Source: Fimbriosthenelais zetlandica | Lineage: Eukaryota | DNA length: 64,000 bases | Direction: 5' to 3' | Assembly: GCA_977030845.1 (NCBI GenBank) | Contig: OZ365112.1 | Coordinates: forward strand, 13,888,001-13,952,000 | Shown here: positions 48,201 to 62,600 of the stretch, one piece after another | Layout: every line of letters starts with the position of its first letter | Position numbering within the stretch: the first letter of the stretch is position 1 | Translations under genes and position numbers: made by a program | The notes under the pieces: generated by a model | Told to the model about the DNA's origin: nothing | The model's database searches: none | What the model saw: the letters and a program-made list of their open reading frames with translations, nothing else

Positions 48201-51200
48201 TATGCTGGTGGCCAATAAAGGCCAATAAAAACATTTCCCCATCGCAGAGGGTAAGCATTTCTGCATGAACAGCTGCAGAATCTGATTGCATCTTTTTTCA
48301 TTGAAAAAATATGTTACAGATTGGATTATAAGATTCAGTGGTATACCTGTATATTTAGGGACTTATGTGAGGAAACAATGTTAAGATTGCAATTGGGAAT
48401 TGGAAAATGTAATTGAATACAATATAGTGAATATCTATCTCCAGCTCAACATTTTAGATAATACGCTACAAGTCATACGCCCAGCATTCAATCAAACCTG
48501 TACCATTAACACCTTGGCTGAATGTTTAAAACCAGGAAAATGACCCAACACAATGGGTACTGACCCGAGGTGTTAGCTTCCTAACCATCTGTGGTCAGTA
48601 GGTTTTTGTTGGTACAAGTTAGGAGTCAGTGGCGGAGGATATTGTCCCATAGCATGCTAACTCAGCTGCTAGGTCACCTCAGTGCAAACAGCGATGTGAG
48701 ACCTCAATGAAGATGCTTGGTCTCCTGCTGCATAACCTGAGGTCCGAAAAGGTTCTACTTCCGGTTCGGAATCCTCAGTATTATGATGTATATTGACATT
48801 ATAGTGCTAGACAAGGCCTACAATTCGCTTGCAAAAGTTAAATGGACTTGCATCACACAGGCAAAATGAAAGAGTTGTTTTAACATATTATTTCAATATA
48901 GAACAACCCTTAATTCCACTCTCCTTCCCATCAATCGTTTAAAAATGTATGTACCTGTTCTCTGACAAGGCAATAATAATGCCTTCTTAGACATTGTACA
49001 GCAGTCCCTCTTCAAATGAGTTTGGCCTCCCTCTACTTTCAAGGAGCTCCCTATGCCCCTGTTATCTATCAAGATTAGATAGGAAATTTATCCTCATACA
49101 TTTGCATGAGAAGAGAAGGAAATAATACTGTTGAAGAGCTTGCATGAAGTAGATAGTACTCATGAATATATAATTTCAACTGCGTTGCAAAATAATATCT
49201 AGATTGATAATTTACTGAGTTGCTGGACTGAGGAAATATAAATTCAATAGATGATTTCCTGGAACTTCTGCCACTTTTACCACCTTTGCTTATTTTCAGA
49301 AAATTGATATTTCAAAAGCGATGTATGATGCATTGGCCTATCAATATAACATTGGGCCAAAATGACTCAAATGGTTTATGTAACAAGCCCCATGGAAGTG
49401 CAGACGTGTGTATACATACATCGCCTAAACTGACCTTCAACTAGCCTATAGACACCAACACATATACACAGTCTGCTGTTTCCATAGGAACCGCTATGTA
49501 CACATATGCTGGTCGGTCGAGGATGACTGCTCGAGGGCTTAACGATATTTGAGGAATGGGTAATAATGGTTATGTCCCTTTACAAGGGGAGGCTTTGATG
49601 TGTGGCCATCAAAGGGATGGGGGTAATTGACCATGAGATACGGTAGGTAGAGATGGCCAGGGCAGGATCAGGGCTGCAGGTCCTTCTCTACAGATGTCTT
49701 AGTTAAAACACAGCCTCGGCAATCTGTGTTTGTTTTAGCTTGATGATATGCAGATCATGGGAAAGTTGTTCCTCACCCCTTTATATTCCTTCCCTGCATT
49801 CCTATGTTATTCCCCCTAACTCTGCTTTTCCGCGCCTCCCTTTAGCTATGCATCTAAATATCCAAGATCTTTCAAAACGGATTCAATTTTAGTGATTGTT
49901 CATCCAACGATACCAACCTTGGTTTAACTATAGCTATAGAAAGTCTTTACATGTATATCACAAATTTAATGGGATAACAATGCAACCATAGATACGTATT
50001 GGAGTTCATTCAGTGCAGATCCACGCATACATAATAAATCACGAGTGCATTATAAGTGTATCATAAGTGTTACTTCCTTTATGCATTATTATCCATGTTG
50101 CAAATATTACCTTTATTGTAATATGTCTCCGCTATATTATAAGTGGCGAGGCTAAGTTGGAGACAACACGGGTAGTTCTAATGATAAGATCTGTTGATAA
50201 TAGATATAATAGATTAGATAACAAGGTGGACTACTTTCACTCATATAAATTTACCTGTTAAGATGTTTGATAATGTAAACACTCTTAAACTCAAATTCTA
50301 TATCTGAGGGACACAGGTTTCAGAAGAAAGATGTGCTCATACACATAAGCGTGTTTTTGTTTTGAAATGAGCCCCAGTTCTATTCCCTTCAGACCAATAG
50401 ACGCAAATAGATCAAAAAAGATGAAAAGCAAGGGAGAAAACATAGAGAAAAGAGAGTGAAGAAAGCGAAACAAGGAGATTTTGATGCAGTGGACTGCCTT
50501 CCTCCCTCACCACTGGCGGAGACGTCCATCCCAGATGACCTTTGCCAATAATGGGAAAGAATATAAAAGAAAAGAATATGAAGGGCCTTCTGACCGTTGT
50601 AGCCATGCCGACGACATTTTAAACAGCAGACGACATTTGAACATGACAAAGACCGGCAGGTCTTGTTTGACCAGACGAATGAATAGCAGGGACGATGCAG
50701 AGCACTAAATAAGGGCAACAAATGAGAAGTCTTGAAAGCATAGATTTGGGAGGGAAATGTCCCTTCCTACTCCCAAAGGAAATTCACCCTCACAGGCAAG
50801 AGAACTATCATCATTTAAGTCTCCACTATACAAGCGAGCCCACTGTCCAATCAAATGTTGGATGGGATTTGGAGCTGTTTGTTGCCTTGATGGCATTCCT
50901 GGGTGAGAGGAAGTGGCTTGGCCAATCCTAATTTGTTTGCCTCCCATTTGCTGCTTATATAGGGTGAATCAAGGGTGATTTCTTCCGGGCCTACAGGCTT
51001 TAAGAAACATAATTAATTTACACTTGTTGGGATTTGAGAGTGGGCTTGTTTTATGTCTTCCATTCCCAATCAAACGGATATTGCAGCCAGCAAGGGGTTT
51101 TAATCCTGTAATTTAGGAATTAGACTTGATAATCATAGGACATGTTGGAAAAAGCATGATCAAATACATAAATGAAATCGAAACAAAACTCAGCGCATCA

Positions 51201-52983
51201 AAATAATAATCACATTATAATTGAATGTAGTAATTTTGTCTTAATCTAAAGTAATTTAATTTGTTAAACTTTTCAATTCGATCAGGTCAGACGCCTATAA
51301 TATCAGATGCATTCAACGCAAGTGAAGCATAGAGCCTATTCTTTGGAAAATGGCAGGGATAGAATTGTTTCAAGTGTAGGTTTTCCATGGCTATAATATA
51401 ATTTCCTTGTTTGGGTTGTAAGTTTAGGTATGGTGGTGGGAGATTGGATCTTTGTAGTGGTCGTGAAGCGTGACCTTTTTAAGGTACATGCATTCTTAGG
51501 TAAGCCGTGTTAGATGTTAGGATTATTGGACCTTAACTTGACTTCCAAGTAAACCCTGCCCATACATGCACTAAATATATATAACTTGATCGAAAATACG
51601 ATACGTCCATAATTCAGTCTGCTTGCAGACCGCTTAAAATTGATTATATCAAAGACATAGAGAAGATTAAAATGCCTGTAGACACAATATAGAAAATCCT
51701 GCTTTGGACCATTCAAAATAAGCACCATGAAAGAGAGGGGGAGTAAACCCGCATACATACCATAGCGTATTATCAAACATAACAGGTTATCAATAGAATT
51801 TATTGGATTTAAAATTTATTGATTTCTTTATCTCACCCGCATGCTGAATTTAATTATTCATAATACAATATCTATCATAGATGGTGGACATGTCTCAGGG
51901 ACGTCCGATATAGTGCCCTTACATTGACACACGGACACTATAGGAGTATTGATCCCATTATTGCGTATCAACAAATGAGACTTTATAACTAGATTCATAC
52001 TAGCCTATATCTAAAGTTTCAATATGATTCTATATGATTCTATAGATCTAAAAAATGAAGATTATAATGCGAAATGAATGGAACGCATTGTGGCTAGTAA
52101 CCCCCTTGCTATTCACCCTCGACCCTAGAAGGTCAGTTTTCCCACCATGCGGACGTAGCCATCTCCCATCATGCACACACTCACCCACCCCACACACCCT
52201 GAGTACTGGAATCAATACTAGAGATCCGATGACCCATATTCCCCCTCCGCTCCCTCCTCCCCTCCCCCTCCCTGCATCTGGCCCGTGCAGTGCACGCAGG
52301 GGGTCACTTCTACAGGCACTCCGCCCTATCACACATCTATTACAGCGTCCCGACCGTATAGCCTCTAAATATTGAATCATTTCCATTTTGTTTCAGTTAA
52401 GTAATGAAATAAATGACCAAGATATAACTCCCTTAATGTTTTTCTAAGGTAGTTATTTTTTGCGCTTTTCTATTAAATGTTACATCTAAGCATGCACTAA
52501 GTGTTTAGCGCTGCAAAAATGGGAGGTAGACTGGAGAATGAGAGGGATACCATATCAAAGAGTGATCCCCACTACGCACCCTCTCCACCCATCTACCTTT
52601 CACAACAACATAGTCAGCCCTCAGCATCACCACCCCTCCCCCACCTCCTGGGACCCCCACCCCACCACTACGCCCTCTATGCACCGAGTCTGGTGCTATC
52701 GATTTGCTGATATCTTGACATTGTCACAGATGGCCAATATAGCCTAAGTTTAGAAAAAACATGATTGGAGGCATGTCCACCCACGACTCTTCCATCAGGG
52801 TTGGGTTATTTTCCCTAGGACCAATCATATCTCTTGCACATTAGGAACATATATATATATAGGCTAAAAGCTTTCAGATTGAAAATGAATTTGAATTATT
52901 GAGGTCAGGATATAGGTCTTTGGACCTAGTTTACATGAAGAAGCTTGTCCATAGGCCTAGATAAGACAATAGGTCTAGTGTAA

Positions 52984-53064
52984 CAGGGGCACATTTCAGG
53001 AGGATTTTGCCCATAGCATTATATCATTGGTGCCCTATGGGCTTTTTCATGAAACAGGCCCCTG
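52984..53064. mobile_element. Short TIR mini-element, same family
   Basis: CAGGGGCACATTTCAGG ... CATGAAACAGGCCCCTG, with an inner perfect inverted pair GCCCATAG/CTATGGGC. Confidence 0.55.
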
Positions 53065-53997
53065 GGTAATTTAGGTTCAAAATTCTGAAGTATAGTGGGA
53101 ATTTCAGTGGCAGAAACTGAGCAAGAGGGATATCTTTAAAAAGTGGAATAGTTAAGTTAAGGAAAATCTCAATAATTAAGTGGTTAAGGGTTTAGGACGA
53201 TTTGGGTCCAAACTTCAGCAAAGGACACCCATTCATAACAACTACCGAGATTACATGAGAGATGTAGAGCGCCGGAGGGGGTAAAGCCTGTAATAGGCAT
53301 GGCCATGTTACCCTACATCCTACACCTATTCATTCCCCAACCCATTACTATAGAGATATCTACCCACCCACCCTAGGGATACCTCTCCTTCCCTCCCTCT
53401 CTCCCGCCCACTCAACCCTGCAACCCGTTGAGGGCCCTGAATGTACGGAGTGCCCTCATGGCCCGAGGGCCATGGCCCTTCTTGGGGTCATAACTCTGCC
53501 GACATGTCCCCACCAGCAGCTCTATACTGCTTAGAAGAAGATTCCCAATCATGCCCAGGTCCTAATCACTACTCCCTCACTAGATCTCCCCTGATAAGCA
53601 TGCTGGGCCAGTCCTCCTGGTATAAGGGTTCATTTGGTCCTGAGATGGGACGCTGGTATAAAAAGCTTGTGATATGAATAGATAAATAGGGGAAACCCCA
53701 GTATCTCCCACAGGCGTGGTTATCAGAAGGGTATGGTGAAAGCAAGCCATGAATATATCGCCTAATGATAACAATATTTTGGGTGAAATATTGTGTTTTG
53801 GGATTGGGGTGGAGGTGGGTTGGGTAGGGTGGGGAAGGGGTTGTGATTGTCATTTACTCTGCTTCTGTGTTGGAGATGCATGCAACCCGGCTACATCTAG
53901 GTGTACATGAATGCATGCATTGTATAGACAGGCATTGTTAGCATGCATGGATGCATTGATGGATGGGTAGATGGAGGGAGGGAGGGATGATTGAATA

Positions 53998-54026
53998 GAT
54001 GGATGGATGGATGGATGGATGGATGG
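53998..54026. repeat. (GGAT)n microsatellite
   Basis: About 7 tandem GGAT units inside a G-rich region. Confidence 0.95.
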
Positions 54027-56539
54027 AAGTGTGAGGGGGTCCATGGACTAATGAATGGATGAATTGAAGGAAGATAGATATTTGATGAACGTTAATTGAC
54101 TGATTGGTACAGAAGATTAGCGAGGATTTGAAATAAGAGCGTGGGATGGGGTATGGGTTGGGGGAGATATGTGGAATGGGGAGGTGGTGATATAGCCCAG
54201 CCATTCCAATACTGAGGTGGATCCATGTTATTTACATAGAAGGGAAATTGGTAACTTGCCATGGCAGCTCCCAAGCATCCCCCTCCCTGTGAAGACAAGC
54301 CATGGCAATGTGAATAATGTGGGAAAAGATGAATACGGTCCTCCAAGGAAGAGCTGGAAGGGAGAGGAACAAGGGAGGGTGAGGGTAGTGAAAGCTTCAC
54401 TTTGAAAAGATAAGGGGAGGGTGTGGGAATGACTGGTATCTGTTTTGGGGAATATGAGGGAAAGGTGGGGTTGGGTCTGTGGGTTGGGGTGGGAGCGGGA
54501 GGTGGGAGAATATGGGTGTGGGAGTGATGGATGGGGTGGAGGGGGAGGCGGGCAGATTCATCCACCAACTATTGTAATGGTCTCTTCATTAGAGGCGGAG
54601 ACATGCGCGCTAATTCAACAGAGAGCAGTCATAAATTCTAATTTTGCAGGAGATGTGTGTGATAGTGCTTTCCCCTGCAAATATCTCCACTGGGGGAGGT
54701 AGCTGTAGGAGGAAGGTGGCGCTGAAAGGGTGGGAGGGGGGGGGGGAGAATGAGGAGGAGCGAATAACAGCTCTCCATGCTTTCCTTCAATAGTTGGTAG
54801 TCTACTGGTTGTAGTAGCATTATACTAATTATAGTAGGGATAAATTAAAAGTACTAATAACTAGTATAGTACTTAGTAGTACTAACACGAATAAAAGAAG
54901 TAAGATGTATAAGGAGTAGAATTACACCAATTAAGGGAATAACCCAATTAAATAAATAAAATGCTCGTTTAAATGAAGTAAATCGGTTGGTAGATCTCGC
55001 CTTTTCTCGCGCCACGTGACGTACCGCGTGAACCACGCCTTGCAGACGACATTTGATGAGAAGGCCTCCAAATGAATTGAGCTGACGTTTATGGGCGCTT
55101 CTCTGGCTCAATCCCGGCCTGACCCTCGCCACAGGGAGGCCGTCGGCGGTGGACGTTGTCCCATCCATCCTCCCAAGTCCCAGGCTAGTGCCCGGAAGCC
55201 TCGTCTGATCCTTCATCATGCTTTCCCGCGCTTTCTCGATCCCCAGCGGGAATGTTTGCCATTGATATGCGCTGCTCCCTTCTATCATACTGGCCATCCC
55301 TCTGACCCATATGTACACAGCCAGTTCCCCTTTATAAGGCCAAGCAGTGTGAAGCAGTAAGCCTCAAAGATTTCTTTTGGAGAGAAATTTATAAGAGAAG
55401 TCACATAATACCTTATATTATGTACTCATTTGCTCTAAATCATAAATCATATGATTATTTGTAATTAGCTTTGTACTATTTAAAGTTATTTAGACATCTT
55501 AGATGTAACCATAGTCATAGATGTCTCATTCCTGCTCCCATACTATCTTACTAGTTTTTGAATTGCAAACAGATCAAAAATTCCTTTTTGGAATTTATCG
55601 TTTACCTCAGAAATGTACATTTTCCCCAAATGAAATTCTACTGCAGTATTTACTGCACCATTAGATGCCCGTCCGTTTTTGCATTCCTTTCAACCCACAG
55701 TCAGCAGGGCGTGAATAGTCTCACCATAGGTAGACCCACAAATCATGGAAATTAAAATAATAAAAATAAAAAGGGGAGAACCTGTAGGATTGGAATCAAA
55801 TCAGGAGTTGTTGATCCAGGCTATCAATAACCTGCACCATAGACGCCCCATGGCTGGCTGCCTGCACGCAGTACAAGGCACAGCCAGTAGTTCCTCACCG
55901 ACCCACACCTCAGACAGTGGCGCCACGTTCTAGCCCAGAAAGTTTGCCATTCTGATGGCGAAAAAAGAAGGGAAAGAAACATTTGGAAGACGAGCTGGTG
56001 GGAACCATTGCCGCTGACATATAATTACCTAAAGTGGCATCTGATGGCACTCCCGGAAGACCCCCAAATAAATCAGTTGCTATGGGAACGGGTCTAGTTT
56101 TTTTTTGGTCTAAGAGGAAAGGAGTTGCAAAGGGGATATAGAGGTGGAGGGTCAGGAGGAGGGAGCGACCCCCTGACGGGGTAGATATCGATAAAATGAC
56201 CTCAGCTCCGACCCTCATATCCATCCACCCCACGTGATTATCACGACATCAAAAGCTAGCCAGAAATTCCCGGCAAATCGCGTCTAATTCCACGAGATCT
56301 CGCATGCTCAATCCCACAGCTGTTGCTGCTGCGCTTAGAAGCGAAAAATCGCCTGCTAATGTGCGCCCTCTCCCCATCTAATCATCCCATGAATCCCGAT
56401 TCAATCTGCGTCCAAACGTTCATCAGATGAAGGCAAAAACCCCTGTAGTCCCCCGGAATATACAAACCACGTCCAAAAGGAACCCGTCCTGACTTTAATG
56501 AAAACACCACTGACCAACCCCCGCTGTTTTATCGACGAC

Positions 56540-56645
56540 CATGTGACGTATTCTATCCAATCAGATTGTGTGCGGTCACTTCTGAAGGCGGGAGGGCCTG
56601 ACGGATCTGGACTTGCATTTTATACCCGATAAAACATGGCGCCCT
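56540..56645. promoter_or_regulatory. Promoter-like motif cluster downstream of Lox4
   Basis: TGACGT (56544-56549), CCAATCAG (56557-56564), GGCGGGA (56587-56593) and YY1-like AAACATGGCG (56632-56641) within about 100 bp of CpG-rich DNA. Confidence 0.4.
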
Positions 56646-59600
56646 TTTGACATTCAAATGGACCGACGAAACTTTTACTGTTCCTAGAGAACTTAATGGC
56701 CCCTTTCCCCTTAACTCGACCCCCTAGCCACACCATTGGGCCGTTTAGGGCGAGAGAGAAGTTAATTTGAACATAGCTACCAATGTAAAAAGACGTGTTT
56801 ATTGAAAAGTGCCGAAAAATAAGGTATCGTAACAGTAAGTAAGTCTAAAGTTTCTAAAATTCATATTTTGTCATCTACGGCTCATGCAACTTATTGATCG
56901 TTATTTTTTTCTCGGATCTTTACATAGTTGATTCATTAAGGGAGTTTGTTCGCGTGGCACTAGTTGTTCACAGGAACCACGAATCTCCACGAAACTTTTC
57001 AAGATTTAAAATTTTGTTCAGATTTCTTTCAGGGAACATTTACGTGGGGTCATTAAGGCTGCTGGAAACATTAATTTATTTCGACTTAGAAAAAGTACAG
57101 AGCCTGCATAGTCATCGTGCTGACGTGTCCCTTTCTCTTGTCCCTTAAAATACTAAAACAATGGACGCGAGAGTCAAAGTTCATGCGTTTCATTTTTCAG
57201 TTATAGGTCTGGATTTTTCTTACAGACGCTGGGAACTTCACCACCCTCTTCGTCTCCCTGACGCCATGGATATATCAGTCACCGCCACCCCCTCCATCCC
57301 ACTCTCTAACTTCTCAAACCGCCCTGAGGAAAAATATCAGGTGAGGAGACATTTTTGTGATTTCGTTTGGTTGTGATATCCCTGACTCCCAACGAAATAA
57401 CTGAGTTAAAAAAACGTCATATTAAATGCATACTGTTCAGGGTAAGGCCATAACATATAGTGGACGTTTCCATTTTTTATTTATTGTGTCTTAACAGAAC
57501 TGGTTAATTTTGTTAGACTCATATTTCTCTTGATGTGGGGGTGGATAAGTGGGGGATAGCCGATAGCACGAGTGGTGGAAAAGTCCAGGTAAAGAATGTT
57601 GGTAGTATATAGGACGCCTTCCCTTACCTTCTCGCCCCTCCCCTTTCCATTTCCCAATCCCCTCCCCCTCCTCCACCCATACTCTCCCCCATCCCACCAC
57701 ACTTCAGAAGATCAGAAGAGGTCTGAGACGTCTGAAATGCTTGAGAGAGCCCGAAAATATGTCCGCGACATGCAATGTAAGATAGAACCGCGTCTCCCTG
57801 CCCCCGCCCACTTCCCCCTCCCCAAAGAACTTTCCCTGGTTACTTTGGACCATCCTTGCCTTTAAAATATTTCACATAAAGAAATCCAACTTATTAATCA
57901 CACCAGTGGTCTCATGAAATATAAATAACTTAGTTTTTGACAGATAAAGGGAACAGACGGCATTATATTTGGGGCAAGGTCGAAAATGGCGCCGAACTGA
58001 ATGGGATCTACCCATCCATAGAAAAGATGTAATTTGTCTCGCTATGAGTAAAGCACTTATCTAGAATTCAATCAAAGACCTAATTGAACCTTAATATGAT
58101 ACTGGGAATGAATAATTAGTTTGTTCCTCAGTTTGGAAAAAGTTATTGGGTTAAGGAAAAGTAGAGGGGAGTGAGTGGTGGAGAGTGTATGTAGGAGGTG
58201 GCTTGTACAGAGTGAATTGTATGTATCGATTTGGTGAGCTATCCATACCCGAGGCTTATACCACCCCGGCGTTTATACCCCTACCAAATCCTCCTATCTC
58301 TGTCCTGCCTACCAGCCCCGATCAGCGCCACTGGCGCCAAAATCCGGGCTAGCGGACAAATGTAAAACAAGTCCCCAGGTATCCATCACCACCACCCATC
58401 ACTGTAACTCCAGGGCGGTCTGGCACATGGCCTAAAATAACTAACAAAAAACTCAATCCCCCTCCCAAAAAACAATCCGGCAATGTAATTAGTGCAATTA
58501 CCAACGTGTTTAATTAATAAAAAAAACTCTCAGCATTTAATCAAGGCATAGTTGTAATTCGCTAGAGAGTATTTGATTTTTCCAAAGAAAATTGTTGCTC
58601 TTAGATGCATGGCTGGGAGGTAGGAACAGAAGGCAGGAGGCTGGCAAAATGAGCGCCCGTTTTTAACTTCTGATTTAATTTAACGACAAAAACCTCAGGT
58701 GATCTATTTTTGGGAACGCAGGGGAAAGAAAGGTGATCTAATTATTATCCCAAAGTGGATCAAAAACCTGTTGGTGTCCAAGGAAGCGCTAACCTCTGAT
58801 GCAGCTATAGACACTCTCACAGTGACAACATGCCGTGTATAGGTCCACAGCTTGGAAGGAGGACAGCACTTTTTGGTGCCTTTCCTTCACTCTTTTTTAT
58901 CAGTCTAATTTATGTTTATTGCCGCCGATGTGAGTGCCAGACCCTGATCATGTGGCCAATATCCAAGGCAGGAGCACATGTAGAAAAGGGTGTTTTCAAA
59001 TTATAGAGACTTGTCCTTAATAATTGCCGCAGGTGGCACTTATTATAGACAATATATCATATTCTCTTATATATGGATATAATTATGTCTTAAAAAAGAA
59101 AGCAAAAGGTCCTTAAGTATAAAGAATTCTCGGGAAAATACGGAGAATTCTGAGTTCTAGATTAAAAACGAAATGGAAAATACCACAGGTAAAAAAATGA
59201 AATAAGAAAATCTGCATCGGAGGCATTTTGCCCGAAAAAAGAATCGACAACAGGCACGAGAAGCTTCCCTGGCTTTCCGCGCTCCCCACAAATTTCTGTA
59301 CCTTATTAGAGTAATTTACAGATAGTTTTAACTCATATATCTTATCTTCTATATACGTGTAGCTCTTGGAAGGTCGCGTTGATCTAAGGCTGCGCCTTTC
59401 ATCAAGGAGAAACCCTGCCACACCTTATGGAAATACTCTGCCCTTGTGAAAATAGGAAAATTGGAAGATGAAAGTCCAAAGTAGTGGTCGGGTCATTCAG
59501 CCTGGACTGACCGGGCGTCCGGTCAGTGGAGGCGACCTCTCCTCACCAGCCATCCATCTCCCTACCCCCTCAACCCACTCCCTGACCACCACACCATGGT

Positions 59601-62600
59601 TGTCATGGTTATCTGAAAGGAACTCTGAAAGGTATTGGCAAATTATTCAATACGGTAACATTAACTTCAGCTTGGATGAGTGAATGGAATGGACGGGGAT
59701 CGGTTGATTGATGACTGGTCGCTGGTATCTGCCTGTCCATCTTGTCACCGCGGCACATAATAATGCCTTTCTCTATCAAGCAAACGCGGATTTATCTCCA
59801 TATACAGAGATGGACAGTTTAGAATATCCCCCGATTTTTTCATTCAATTTTACATGTAATTATATAAAAAAAAAATTGAAAATGTACACTAAAGATTGCA
59901 TTCTTTGGTTTCTTTCAGAATAATTAGCCAGTGATAAATCTCTGCCTGGGTAGCACATATGAAACATGCCCCTGGTTATTTTCATCAGTTTTCTCCCCGT
60001 CACTCTGACGCATGCAATCAGACATGATATGATATATAGATCTTATTTCACCCTCTCTATACACTACTTTTTACCCTGATACCAATTGGATCTTTGCCAA
60101 ACCAAAGGGTCTTTTTAAAAGTATGCACATACATATGCCAAGACCATTCACTTTTTTTACCACATGACTTTTCCACCAGCCCTGCACCCCAATCCTTCCA
60201 CCCCTCCCAACCGCCCTCGTTGACATGGAAAAATCTCTTGTGCTCTCTCACTCGTGTAGTGAGGGAGCCCAACTTATTGAAATAGGTTTTCGTTGTTGTG
60301 TCAGCGGAAACAGATTCCAGAACTAAGCGAGAAAATTGTTCTTGTACACTCTGTGGTGGTAACTGCATAATTTACCCGCCTTTTGCACTGAAGAACGTCG
60401 ACTGAAAAGTCAAGTGGCCAATGGTGGACATTAGCCATGAGGCATTCTATGATTGGATGGTATATATGGCGCGAGGTCTCAGGCTTTGTTTCATAAGTGG
60501 GTTTACCATCACATGATACATGTCGATGGTGAAAGAAAAATGCTCACATTAACTAAAAAAAAATTCCAATTTGATCCAAGAAAAATGGCAGTAATGACCT
60601 ATGGTATTATCCCGCAACAGTCACACCAGAAAAGTATTTATAGTACATCCTATACCAAACTCATTCATATCCTGAAATATTTTTAGAAATCACCATTGGT
60701 GAATAAAAGGAAATATGCATTGGATATGGTTCGGATAACAACCCCTTTTGAGGGAATTCTAATTGATTTGTAACTTATCGTCTACGTGGTATAAATATCA
60801 TAATGTATTTGACATGACACCAATAATTACTTTGGATCCCCATGGAGATTTTAATAGGAACTGCGCACAATGAGTGACTGTAAATTTAGCCTCTGGCACA
60901 ATATCTATAAACCACGGAACACATGGATGGACATCCAAAGCCTAACGAACACGACATGTAAAGGAAGGGGTAAAAAAAGAATGAAAAAGGTCGGAAAACA
61001 AATAGAAGAGAATTAACATATTATGTATAAGTGCATCCCTTGCGGCAAGAGAGACTTAAGTACAAATAGGCGAAATATAAAGTGGGCCAAATGGTCTGTA
61101 GGCGGCTGAGTAAGATCCTATTTGCTATGTACATGCCCTGCATCCCACAGAGTTCTACATGGTTGGATCATACCTCAGTAATCTATGCAGGTATATGCTC
61201 ACGCTCTTTGGATTTTGGACGTATCTCTGATAAGCTTCTACTGGTAAGAAAGTTTTTTGACTTATCACTGGGCTCCAGTGCTGATCTCTCGCATTTTTAT
61301 CCCCACACTGAAGTGTGACATTGTCAATCAACTCAACTCTGGTCCCTCCCATGCCCCACTATGGGATAGCAGGCTGTCAGACACCCTCTGGTTTATGGAG
61401 TTAATTTTTTGTAGGTAAACTTTGTAGCCCCCTTCCCCCCACCCCATGTACATGGGCCTGGCGTGGTGGAGCCATCGTCTGGACGGGGAGAAGGGAGGAG
61501 GGGTAGAGAGAAGGAGGTATGGGGTGTATACCACCAACTATACCTACTGCTATGGACCCTGGATGGGGTGGGGTCAAAATGAAAACCCCCCTCTCAGGGG
61601 TGTCGACTTTGGACCAGAGGCGCAAAAAGTTCTGTCAAAGCCACCACCCCCACACCCCCAACCCTGCAAACTCCAAGTATATTGGTCAGTTTCTTAAACT
61701 CAAATACACCCTAATAATATATTGGAAAAATGTAGCTGACCAATGGAAAGTTCGATGAGGGCAACGGGTGGTACCCTGAGTCGATATATACCAGTAGACC
61801 CATGTTCAGTTGACTTTTTCCTATAGGAACTTAGGAGCGACTGAAGCAGTTGGCTGAAGAAAAAAAAACTTGAAGGCCCTGGTCATTTTTTTCTCCGAGT
61901 AGCAGCACACCCGCGTCATTTGTCTATCACACATGTTTTCCCCTCCCTCAATGTTGAATGTGAAGTGTCGTGAAACAAAGGCGCAATATGATTGGCCTGT
62001 TAAGGCCAAAGGCTACAAAAACAACCACACTCGTGCTCCTCCCCAGTTTACTGCCATTTTTATTGGATGTTCGGAAATATCCGATAGTAGCCATTTTTTG
62101 TGGGTGATTATTTTGCATTTGACAGATTACACCCGAGTCTAGCCCCCTCACTGAATATATGGTCTTGCTACGTAACAACCGACCCGCCTATCGGTCGTCT
62201 AGCTCTCGAGCGCTTACCATCCCTCCCTTCCTACTACCACTGCACTTAGTTATACCTAACTTGCCAAGGCAAGGCCTGTAGGAGGTAGAGAAACTTTGAG
62301 GTAAGTAGTTGCTAACTTCGATTATTCTCTTCGATCGATCCGAGTTGGAGGGGTCGTTTGGAGGGCGGGGGAGAGAACGTTGCCTTGCATGTGCTGCTTT
62401 TCTTGCTTGGGGAAAAGTGGGGATGGGGAGGAAAGTGGGGATGGTGGTGGTTCTATTTCTCCATGCACATGAAAACTAGTGGCGTTATGGCTGTATTTTG
62501 TGTCATTAGGCGAAGTTCGTGAGCCCATGGATGGAACGGGCCAGTAGCAACGTCCTCTATTGGGCGATTGCGTGAAACAAATTCACAAGAAGTGTAGAGT

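Noticed and set aside
54092-54568. 158-aa proline-rich minus-strand ORF (and neighbouring 154-aa ORF)
   Set aside because: Explained by the G-rich simple sequence on the + strand; no domain or splice support.
57438-57445. Second CAGGGTAA 8-mer for the local miRNA
   Set aside because: Not in any supported UTR; it would be intronic relative to the 57340 donor. Recorded because it shows the background rate.
61446-61697. YGPWMG as a possible hexapeptide of a next Hox exon 1
   Set aside because: Not YPWM, no adjacent splice donor, no Hox-like N-terminus.
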